From: Holophagales bacterium UBA5066 | Lineage (GTDB): Bacteria > Acidobacteriota > Thermoanaerobaculia > UBA5066 | Length of the DNA stretch: 50,677 nucleotides | NCBI GenBank assembly: GCA_002414905.1 | Contig: DIAY01000022.1 | Coordinates: forward strand, 1-50,677 | Direction: 5' to 3' | In this document: positions 17,119-23,652 of the stretch, piece by piece | How the letters are laid out: every line of letters starts with the position of its first letter | Numbering within the stretch: the first letter of the stretch is position 1 | Made by a program: the position numbers and the translations under genes | The notes under the pieces: generated by a model | Databases searched by the model: none | Seen by the model: only the letters and a program-made list of their open reading frames with translations | Told to the model about the DNA's origin: nothing

Positions 17119-17550
17119 TCAGGTGGGCAGGTGGAGGTCGAGGATCTCGGGCGGGACGAGAGCCCCGATGAGCGGCGCAAAGAGTCCGATGAGGAACAAG
17201 ACGAGACCGGCGCCGGCGGCGGCGGCGAGGCCGAGCAAGGTCGGGATCCTCGCGAGGCGGACCCGTTCATAGTTGTTCACGCGGGCGACGATGCTCTCGG
17301 CGACGACGGGCACATCCGTCGTCTTCTGCTTGAGGACGAGCCTGCCCTCCTCCGCCGCTTTCAGGATCGGCTCGTTCGCGACGAAGACCTCGACGCGGTC
17401 GGAGACGGCGGCGAGGGTGGGTGAGACAGCCGTGGCCGTCCAGTTGGCGTCAGACGGCTGCTCCCAAAGCTGCAGCCCGCCGTAGCAGGCGCCGCCGCAG
17501 AGGAGCAGCCCGACGAGGATGGCAAACGAGCGAAAGTGATTACGTTTCAC
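17119..17550 (-). CDS. Small hypothetical membrane protein (N- and C-terminal TM segments)
   Basis: Start set to GTG 17550, preceded by GGGAGG with a 6-nt spacer. 143 aa: VKRNHFRSFAILVGLLLCGGACYGG ... a soluble stretch of about 90 aa ... IPTLLGLAAAAGAGLVLFLIGLFAPLIGALV. No recognisable family. Confidence 0.55.
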   Translation of the reverse strand: MKRNHFRSFAILVGLLLCGGACYGGLQLWEQPSDANWTATAVSPTLAAVSDRVEVFVANEPILKAAEEGRLVLKQKTTDVPVVAESIVARVNNYERVRLARIPTLLGLAAAAGAGLVLFLIGLFAPLIGALVPPEILDLHLPT

Positions 17551-17690
17551 GATGCACCTCCCGAGGTGTCCGGCTTGGCCGGTGGGAGAGGCCTGCTCGC
17601 CCGGGAGCCGAGGGAAGCCGGAGAGACCATCGGCGACCGTGGCAAGCAAGGCTACCGGAGAAGGTGTCCGCGGCTCCGGTGGCGACTTCG

Positions 17691-17718
17691 ATTATAGGCC
17701 TTCCCGGACTCCTCAGAA
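17691..17718 (-). promoter_or_regulatory. Candidate sigma70-type promoter (TTCTGA-16 nt-TATAAT)
   Basis: A perfect TATAAT on the minus strand (17696..17691) in an otherwise approximately 70% GC intergenic region, with a weak -35 overlapping the upstream stop codon. It would give a 5' leader of about 135 nt containing a 7-bp hairpin (ACCGGAG/CTCCGGT). Purely sequence-based. Confidence 0.25.
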
Positions 17719-18465
17719 CCTTATCGCCACGCCCCCGACCGCGTACGCGAACCAGGCGAAGCTGTAGACCTCGTCGTTGTCGGCTCCGCCTTCGAGGGTG
17801 CGCGCGCCGACGAAGAGATCCACGCCTGGGGACACTTTCGCCTCGAGGCGGAGGGCGACGTCTTCCGCGCGCCCCTGACTCGCCGCAGCGGCGTCGACGT
17901 CGAGGTCGAGCGCGAGGGTATCGGTCATCTGCCAGCGGACGCCGCCATAGAGAAGCGGCACGACACCGACGTTCGCCTTGGTGTTCGAGAGGCCCGAGCC
18001 GTTCAGCTCGATCTTCGCGTCGCGGATCTTCGCGGTGAGCCCGGCGCGAAACGCGACGGGACCGGAGCTCTTGAACCGGTAGACCCAGGAAAGACGGTAG
18101 GAGTTGAAAACGTAGATCACGTCGAGGGGCTCGCCCGCGGGAAAGACGGTGCCGTTGAAGTCGACGTCCGTGTCGGGAGTGAGGGACGCCGTGGTCCTCA
18201 GGGGCGCGGCGAGAAGGCGGAGCGACGTGCGCCGGGAAACCTCGGCCCAGAGCGTTCCGCGAAAGGCGGCGAAAGGGCCCTGCGTGGCGTCGTCCAGGAA
18301 AAGGCGTGTGCCGGCGTCGCCCGGGACGGCGAAGTCGTTGCGGAGCTGCCAGGCGGCGCCCCCCTCGAGCTCGAGGCGAAACCGGTCTTCGGCCGCGGCG
18401 GGACGAGCAGCGACGGCGACGGCGAGAAGGAGTGCGGAGGCGACGGAAGCGAGGGCTCGGTTCAC
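17713..18465 (-). CDS. Outer-membrane beta-barrel protein (hypothetical)
   Basis: 250 aa with signal peptide MNRALASVASALLLAVAVAARPAAA. Alternating hydrophobic/polar beta-strand pattern throughout, and a C-terminal aromatic residue (...AVGGVAIRF) typical of BAM substrates. Confidence 0.7.
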   Translation of the reverse strand: MNRALASVASALLLAVAVAARPAAAEDRFRLELEGGAAWQLRNDFAVPGDAGTRLFLDDATQGPFAAFRGTLWAEVSRRTSLRLLAAPLRTTASLTPDTDVDFNGTVFPAGEPLDVIYVFNSYRLSWVYRFKSSGPVAFRAGLTAKIRDAKIELNGSGLSNTKANVGVVPLLYGGVRWQMTDTLALDLDVDAAAASQGRAEDVALRLEAKVSPGVDLFVGARTLEGGADNDEVYSFAWFAYAVGGVAIRF

Positions 18466-18537
18466 GCCATCCGTTCCGCCGAACGCCCGGTTTCGGATTC
18501 CAGCCCGGGGCCGGCGCCCTCTCCGTCGTCCAGGGCC

Positions 18538-19092
18538 TTACGGCAGCGGCACGTCCTTCAGCTCGAAGCGGTAGCGGCGGAGGTACCGCGGGTTGCTGGC
18601 GGCGGCCGCAGGGTCGCCCCCTGGCACGTAGAGCTCGATCTCGCCCGAGACCTCGCGGAGGGAGACCGCCTTGCGCGCGGCGAGCTTCAGCGGGACCGGG
18701 AGGACGACCGGGCCTTCGGAGCCTTCGCCCTTCAACGGCTCGAGTGCCGCCACGCCGGCGTTCTCGAGGACGAGGTTCGTGCCGAGGTCGTCGACAGCGG
18801 TACGGACGAGGACGCGCGCCGAATCGATCTCGCTCCTCTTCGCGCCGACGAGCTCGATGTCGATCTCGCAGAGCGGCGTGCCCACCGGACCGCGCCTCCG
18901 CTCCTCGCGGACCCGGACGAACTCCATCTTCAGCGGCGGCACGGGGACCGGCGTGGGCTCGGGCGTGGGGGCGACAGTGGGCGTCGGGCGGGGCGCTACG
19001 AGCGCGCGGGCTTTCTCCGGGAGGCCGCAGCCTCCCGAGGCCGTGAAAGCGGCGGCGAGCAGGAGGGCGAGGGAGGCCGGTTTTCGCCTCAC
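18538..19092 (-). CDS. Hypothetical lipoprotein, paralogue of the upstream gene
   Basis: Start set to GTG 19092, overlapping the upstream stop (GTGA). Lipobox LLAAAFTASGG-C, then a Pro/Thr-rich linker (PRPTPTVAPTPEPTPVPVPP). The C-terminus YRFELKDVPLP matches the upstream protein's VPFEMKGVPLP. The longer track ORF (to 19548) is Arg/Gly junk. Confidence 0.65.
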   Translation of the reverse strand: MRRKPASLALLLAAAFTASGGCGLPEKARALVAPRPTPTVAPTPEPTPVPVPPLKMEFVRVREERRRGPVGTPLCEIDIELVGAKRSEIDSARVLVRTAVDDLGTNLVLENAGVAALEPLKGEGSEGPVVLPVPLKLAARKAVSLREVSGEIELYVPGGDPAAAASNPRYLRRYRFELKDVPLP

Positions 19093-19571
19093 GGAAGCGG
19101 AACGCCTTTCATCTCGAACGGGACTGAGACGGTCGACTTCTTCGTCGGGGATTTGCGCGACGGGTCGCGCTTCGGGAGCCAGAGCTCGACGGTGCCCGCG
19201 ACCGTCACCGTCGCGGCGCTCCGGGCCGGGCTCGCGAGGTGGATCCAGAGGCCCTCGGCCGTCCCGTCCTCTGCCCAGGGGGGCAGCTCGGGCTCTTCGG
19301 GGAGGAGCGATCGCCCGGTGTCGTCCTCGGCCGCGGTCACACGGATCCGGAAGGCCTTCGCCTCCTCGAGCCCTTCGCCCTCGAGCTTCGGCATCAGCGT
19401 CAGACGGCCAGCCGCCTCGTTCGACGCCTCGCGGGAGCGGGATTCGGTGACCGAGTCGACGACGATGCGAAACGTCGCCTCTGCGGCGAGGGGCGCGGCG
19501 ACAGTGGCGAGGGCGAGGGCGAGCAGAACTCCCGCCGCGACCGGACATTTCCTGGCTCCTGGAGCGTTCAT
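19089..19571 (-). CDS. Hypothetical secreted protein, paralogue of the downstream lipoprotein
   Basis: Start set to ATG 19571 (MNAPGARKCPVAAGVLLALALATVAAPLAAEA). 160 aa. It shares three blocks with its neighbour: FRIRVTAAEDDTGRSLL vs RVLVRTAVDDLGTNLV, AGTVELWLPKRDP vs SGEIELYVPGGDP, and FEMKGVPLP vs FELKDVPLP. Confidence 0.65.
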   Translation of the reverse strand: MNAPGARKCPVAAGVLLALALATVAAPLAAEATFRIVVDSVTESRSREASNEAAGRLTLMPKLEGEGLEEAKAFRIRVTAAEDDTGRSLLPEEPELPPWAEDGTAEGLWIHLASPARSAATVTVAGTVELWLPKRDPSRKSPTKKSTVSVPFEMKGVPLP

Positions 19572-19658
19572 GGCCACCTCGTCGTGCGTTTTGCCGAAGT
19601 CTACGCCGGGGACGCTGCGGCGCTTCAGGCGAAGCGGTGCAAACTTCGACGCAGCCCG

Positions 19659-20450
19659 ATGCCCTTCGCCGACCGCGGAACCCACCGCCTCTCGTACGAG
19701 ACGCTCGGGCGCGAGGACGCGCCGCCGCTGCTGCTCGTCATGGGGATGAGCTTCTCGGCCCGGGCTTGGGGGCCCATGCCCGAGCGGCTGGCACGGGAGT
19801 TTCGCGTCGTCGTTTTCGACAATCGCGGCGCCGGAGAGTCGACCGCGCCGCTTTCCCTTTTCGGGATGGACGACCTGGCCGACGACGCCGCGGCGGTGCT
19901 CGAGGCGGCCGGGGTCGGACCCGCGTTCGTCTTCGGAATCTCGATGGGCGGGATGATCGCGCTCGAGCTCGCGCTCCGGCACCCGGAGCGGGTGAGGGCG
20001 CTCGCGCTCGGCGCGACGTTCGCGGGATGGCGAAGCAGCCGGAAGCCGTCAGTGGCGGTCCTGGCCGAGCTCGTCGCCGGGGGCGCTCTCTCGCGGCTCG
20101 GGCTGCACCGGCTCATCGGGAGGGCGCTCGTCTCGCCACACCTAGGGGGAGACGACCTCGAGCGGTTCGGCTCGTGGATCGAGAGCGCGGATCGCGTGAG
20201 CCCGCGTGTCCTCTCGCAGCAGGTCGCCGCCGTGACGACCTGGGACGCCTTCGCGAGGCTCGGCGAGATCCGCGTGCCGACGCTCGTCCTGACGGGCGAC
20301 GCGGACCGGCTCGTCCCTGTGGAGAACTCGCGGGAGATGGCGGCGGCGATCCACGGCGCGCGCCTCGTCCTCCTCCCCGGCGCGGGACACTGCTTTCCCC
20401 TCGAGAGCTTCGAAGAGACGGCGCGCGAGCTGACGGCGTTCTTTCGGTAG
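19659..20450 (+). CDS. Alpha/beta-fold hydrolase
   Basis: Start ATG 19659 (MPFADRGTHRLSYETLG). Motifs: PPLLLVMGMS oxyanion region, DNRGAGES, nucleophile elbow GISMGG, and C-terminal GAGHCFPLE. Confidence 0.85.
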   Translation: MPFADRGTHRLSYETLGREDAPPLLLVMGMSFSARAWGPMPERLAREFRVVVFDNRGAGESTAPLSLFGMDDLADDAAAVLEAAGVGPAFVFGISMGGMIALELALRHPERVRALALGATFAGWRSSRKPSVAVLAELVAGGALSRLGLHRLIGRALVSPHLGGDDLERFGSWIESADRVSPRVLSQQVAAVTTWDAFARLGEIRVPTLVLTGDADRLVPVENSREMAAAIHGARLVLLPGAGHCFPLESFEETARELTAFFR

Positions 20451-20506
20451 GCCGCCTCTCACATCCCCTGATTGCGGCCCGCTGCGTCCCCGCGCAGACT
20501 CGCTCG

Positions 20507-20965
20507 ATGGACGAGGTTGCAATCGAGATCGGCGAGGCGACGACCGACGACTGCGAGTGGTGCGCGCGGCTCATGGCCACGAGCGAGCCGTGGATGACGC
20601 TCCGGCGCGGCTACGACGTCCTCCTCCCCGCGGTGCTCGACCCCGAGTACGTCGTCCTCGTCGCGCGCCGTGCGGGGACGCCTTGCGGGTTCATCCGAAT
20701 CCACCCGCGCGGCGTGGCCGGTTCGCCCTACGTCGCGAGCGTCGCGGTGGCCGAGTCCGAACGCGGACAGGGCGTGGGAAAGGCGCTCCTCGACGCGACG
20801 GCGGCACGCTACCCGAATGCGCGGTACGTCTTTCTCTGCGTGTCGTCCTTCAACGTGCGCGCTCGCGCGCTCTACGAAAGGCACGGGTACCGCCTCATCG
20901 GCGAGCTGCCCGACTACGTCGTGGACGGCTATTCCGAGCTGCTGATGGGGAAGAGGCTCGCATGA
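20507..20965 (+). CDS. GNAT family N-acetyltransferase
   Basis: Start ATG 20507. 152 aa with the acetyl-CoA binding motif VAESERGQGVGKALL and C-terminal ALYERHGYRLIGE. The stop overlaps the next ATG (ATGA at 20962-20965). Confidence 0.85.
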   Translation: MDEVAIEIGEATTDDCEWCARLMATSEPWMTLRRGYDVLLPAVLDPEYVVLVARRAGTPCGFIRIHPRGVAGSPYVASVAVAESERGQGVGKALLDATAARYPNARYVFLCVSSFNVRARALYERHGYRLIGELPDYVVDGYSELLMGKRLA

Positions 20966-21228
20966 AGCCCTGGTCTCTCGTCGGCCTCCTCGCTGCCACC
21001 GCAACCGCCAGCTACCTCGCCCGCGTGAATGTCTCCGTGGCGGGTGTGCTGAGGCGGAATGAGCTCGCCCTCGACCCGATCCAGATGGGGCGCGTCTTCA
21101 GCGCCTTCCTCCTCGGCTGCGCTGGCGGTCGTCGGCGGTCTCCTCTGGCTCGGCATCTCGCCGCGGCCGGAGGCGGCCTGACCCGGCCGACCACGGAAAG
21201 CGGAACTGACCCCGTAGGCGGACCGTAG
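20962..21228 (+). pseudogene. Remnant of an MFS (ACS-like) transporter gene with a large internal deletion
   Basis: The first approximately 52 codons read like an MFS N-terminus (LVGLLAATATASYLARVNVSVAGVL..LDPIQMGRVFSAFLLG). The frame then degenerates (CAGGRRRSPLARH...). In the +1 frame from 21116 the text reads AALAVVGGLLWLGISPRPEAA-stop (stop at 21179-21181), which looks like the last TM and tail of a transporter. About 350 codons of a normal MFS protein are missing. Confidence 0.5.
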
Positions 21229-21330
21229 GCGGACCCCGTGGGCACCTGCTCCTGCTCTGGTAGCATTCCGCGGCGCGCGGCGCGGCCGCGCGGTTCTTTG
21301 AGCAACTGGCAGCCCTGCGCTTCGGGCTGC

Positions 21331-21436
21331 CGGCATGAAGAGAGGCGGAGAGAGCACCGGCTCGACGACCCGCCCGCCAGACCGTAGTCCCTACGGTGGC
21401 AATGCCGGCCCGATCTCCCGATCGGGGGCCATGCGC
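21331..21436 (+). promoter_or_regulatory. SAM-I (S-box) riboswitch candidate upstream of metK
   Basis: GGCAUG-AAGAGAGGCGGAGAGAGCACCGGCUCGACGACCCGCC-CGCCAGACC-GUAG-UCC-CUAC-GGUGGCAAUGCCGGC-CCGAUC-UCCC-GAUCGG-GGGCCAUGC. The AAGAGAGGC start, the GACGA kink-turn position, the GGUG.CAAU.CC.GC junction and the P1-P4 helices line up with my memory of the B. subtilis yitJ S-box. It lies 40 nt upstream of the metK ATG. Confidence 0.65.
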
Positions 21437-21475
21437 GATCGAAGCGTGTACTTTTTCAGGCGAAAGGACGCTGCA

Positions 21476-22606
21476 ATGAGCACCGAGAGCCTCGACTTCC
21501 TTCTGACCTCTGAATCCGTGACCGAGGGGCACCCCGACAAGGTGTGCGACCTCATCGCCGACGCGGTCCTCGACGCGAACATCGGACCCGACCCGAACGC
21601 CCGGGTCGCCTGCGAGGTGCTCTGCAAGGGAGGGCGGGTCGTCCTGGCCGGCGAGATCACCTCGAAGGCCGGCCTCAAGAAGGCCTCATACGAGGAGATC
21701 GTGCGCGAGGTGATCGACGGCGTCGGCTACGTCGACCCCGCCGAGCCGTTCCACGCGACAGGCGTGAAGATCCTGAACTTCCTGAGCCGGCAGTCGAAGG
21801 AAATCGGCGGCGCCGTGACGAAGGCGACCGACGCGAAGAAGAAGGACCAGGGCGCCGGAGATCAGGGAATCATGTTCGGATACGCGACCGACGAGACGCC
21901 CGAGCTCCTGCCGCTCCCGATCGTCCTCGCCCATCGGCTCACGCGCGGCCTCGCCGAGGCTCGCCGCGCGGGCGAGGTCGCGTGGCTGCGCCCCGACGGC
22001 AAGTCGCAGGTGACCGTCGCCTACGAGGGAGGCCGCCCCGCCCACGTGGAGACCGTCCTCATCTCGACCCAGCACAGGGCGGATGTGACGCGCGAGGAGA
22101 TCGCCGAGTGGTTCAGGGCCAATCTCGCGCCGAAGGCTCTCGGCGGCTGGATGCGCGACGGGATTCGCTTCGTCGCGAACCCCTCCGGGTCATTCATCCT
22201 CGGCGGCCCGTCGGCCGACGCGGGTGTGACGGGCCGGAAGATCATCGTCGACAGCTACGGCGGCGCGGCCCGGCACGGCGGCGGCGCCTGGAGCGGGAAG
22301 GACCCCTCGAAGGTCGACCGGAGCGGCGCCTACTTCTGCCGCTGGGCCGCACGGCAGGTGGTGAAGCAGGGCATCGCGCGGCGTGCCGAGATCCAGGTCT
22401 CCTACGCCATCGGGGAAGCGAAGCCGATGTCGGTGGCGGTGGAGACCTTCGGCACCGGCGACGCGAAGGCCGCCGTGGCGCTCATCTCGTCGTTCGACTT
22501 CCGCCCCGCGGCGATCTGCGAGCAGCTGAACCTCCGGCGCCCCATCTACCGCTCGACGACGAACTACGGCCACTTCGGCAAGCCCGGTCTCCCCTGGGAG
22601 GAATAG
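21476..22606 (+). CDS. metK: S-adenosylmethionine synthetase
   Basis: Start ATG 21476 (MSTESLDFLLTSESVTEGHPDKVCDLIADAVLDA), preceded by AAGGA. Motifs: GAGDQGIMFGYA, DGKSQVT, GGPSADAGVTGRKIIVDSYGG, GGAWSGKDPSKVDRS. Confidence 0.95.
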   Translation: MSTESLDFLLTSESVTEGHPDKVCDLIADAVLDANIGPDPNARVACEVLCKGGRVVLAGEITSKAGLKKASYEEIVREVIDGVGYVDPAEPFHATGVKILNFLSRQSKEIGGAVTKATDAKKKDQGAGDQGIMFGYATDETPELLPLPIVLAHRLTRGLAEARRAGEVAWLRPDGKSQVTVAYEGGRPAHVETVLISTQHRADVTREEIAEWFRANLAPKALGGWMRDGIRFVANPSGSFILGGPSADAGVTGRKIIVDSYGGAARHGGGAWSGKDPSKVDRSGAYFCRWAARQVVKQGIARRAEIQVSYAIGEAKPMSVAVETFGTGDAKAAVALISSFDFRPAAICEQLNLRRPIYRSTTNYGHFGKPGLPWEE

Positions 22607-22824
22607 GAGCCGGGGAGCCAGGAGGAAGGGCCCGGGAGACCGGGAGACTGTGCAGGCCATCTCACCGTGCCTCACGAATCGCGGGCGGGAGGGGTGTCCC
22701 ACGGCGCCTCCTCCGCTCCCGCGACCCGCATCGGTCCCGCGCGTGCTCGGACGGCGCTCGCGAGACACCCTTCCCGCCCGCTCAAAGCCCTCGTTGGGCA
22801 AAGTCCAGGGACAAGTCCAGAAGC

Positions 22825-22931
22825 GGGGTCAGGTCTTGATTTTCTACTTTAACACTCAGAGCAGAGGAGCACTGATGGCGCTGCTGCGTCGCTATTCCTG
22901 CACTCAGAGTGCGGAACGCAGACCAGACCCC
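22825..22931 (+). repeat. Small hairpin element, copy A (MITE-like or structured ncRNA)
   Basis: The 5' arm GGGGTCAGGTCT (22825-22836) pairs with the 3' arm AGACCAGACCCC (22920-22931) at 11 of 12 positions. The first 24 nt GGGGTCAGGTCTTGATTTTCTACT and the 12-nt 3' arm recur in inverted orientation at 44237-44301. The interior is the most AT-rich stretch of the window. Confidence 0.6.
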
Positions 22932-22965
22932 CGCCTGCGATCGCAGACGCTCGCCGGCCGTGGGT

Positions 22966-23154
22966 GGGGCGGTGCGTCTCGCGAGCCGCCCCCGAGCACC
23001 GCCGGGGACCCGCTCGAGATCGCGAGGAGCGGGCGGGGACCAGGCCCGCGCGCTGTTTGAGCGAAGCGAGTTCGCGCGGGGCCCCCGCCCGGCCGCAGCG
23101 AACTCGGAAGCGGGTCGGCGGAGCGCAGCAGGCGGCCGTGAGACGCACCGCCCC
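22966..23154. repeat. Nested long-range palindrome in the metK/thioesterase spacer
   Basis: Perfect 15-bp inverted repeat GGGGCGGTGCGTCTC (22966-22980) / GAGACGCACCGCCCC (23140-23154). It encloses an imperfect hairpin of about 60 nt (23030-23091: CGGGCGGGG..GCCCGCGCG / CGCGCGGGGC.CCCCGCCCG) and a competing pair CGAGTTCGC (23067-23075) / GCGAACTCG (23098-23106). Confidence 0.6.
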
Positions 23155-23196
23155 GCACGCGGCCCCCGAGGAATCGACGAGAAGATGAAGCTGGTC

Positions 23197-23236
23197 TCTC
23201 CCCGTCTCCCCGTCTCCCCGTCTCCCCGTCTCTCCG
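23197..23236. repeat. Octanucleotide microsatellite (TCTCCCCG)x4 plus one degenerate unit
   Basis: Four perfect tandem TCTCCCCG units (23197-23228) followed by TCTCTCCG. The array lies 14 nt beyond the stop codon of the thioesterase gene. Confidence 0.9.
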
Positions 23237-23249
23237 GGACTCTCCTGGG

Positions 23250-23648
23250 CTACCCCTTCCTCGCCGGGTCGAGGAAGAGGTTGACGGCCGTGGCGCGGGC
23301 GACGATCTCGCCTCCGCTCTCGCGGGTGAGGGTCGCTTCGACGTAGGCCTGGCTGCGCCCGTGCTTCACGACGATGGCCTCGCAGAGGAGCGGCTCGCCG
23401 GGTCTGGCGGTGCGCAGGTACGAGACGTTCAGGCTGACGGTCGTGAACCCGCGACCTTCCGATATGGAGAAGATCGCGGGGCCCATCGTGTCGTCGAAGA
23501 ACGCCGCGAGGATCCCGCCCTGGACCGCGCCGAGCGGATTCGTCATCTCTTCCGTCGGACGGAAGCGGCAGCGGACTCTGCCCGAGACCTGCTCGAGCAG
23601 CTCGGCGTTGAGATACTCGTAGGTCGGCGGCGGGATCCTGGGCGTCAC
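23250..23648 (-). CDS. PaaI-family hotdog-fold thioesterase
   Basis: 132 aa. The NPLGAVQGGILAAFFDDTMG motif and overall size are typical of PaaI/YbgC-like thioesterases. Confidence 0.85.
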   Translation of the reverse strand: MTPRIPPPTYEYLNAELLEQVSGRVRCRFRPTEEMTNPLGAVQGGILAAFFDDTMGPAIFSISEGRGFTTVSLNVSYLRTARPGEPLLCEAIVVKHGRSQAYVEATLTRESGGEIVARATAVNLFLDPARKG

Positions 23649-23652
23649 GTTC

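Noticed and set aside
14181-17171. 996-aa plus-strand ORF spanning the TopoIII-RecQ 5' part, the repeat gap and the TrpB-like gene
   Set aside because: It is antisense to two genes with unambiguous motifs and runs straight through a noncoding repeat cluster. The composition is Arg/Gly/Asp/Leu-rich with no recognisable domain.
16968-17270. 101-codon N-terminal extension of the TrpB-like ORF, and the similar extensions at 21335-21475, 19093-19548, 19572-19982, 40661-40900, 47329-47505 and 38588-38692
   Set aside because: The extensions are low-complexity Ser/Pro/Arg/Gly text lacking homology logic. Internal ATG/GTG codons with good Shine-Dalgarno sequences, or overlap coupling to the upstream stop, give canonical N-termini or signal peptides. 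The 21335 extension also overlies the riboswitch candidate.
22650-23060. 136-aa and 61-aa plus-strand ORFs and the 84-99-aa minus-strand ORFs inside the metK/thioesterase spacer
   Set aside because: They show no GC3 bias. They run through the repeats and palindromes, and their text is Arg/Pro/Gly/Ser-rich junk. They are treated as non-coding.
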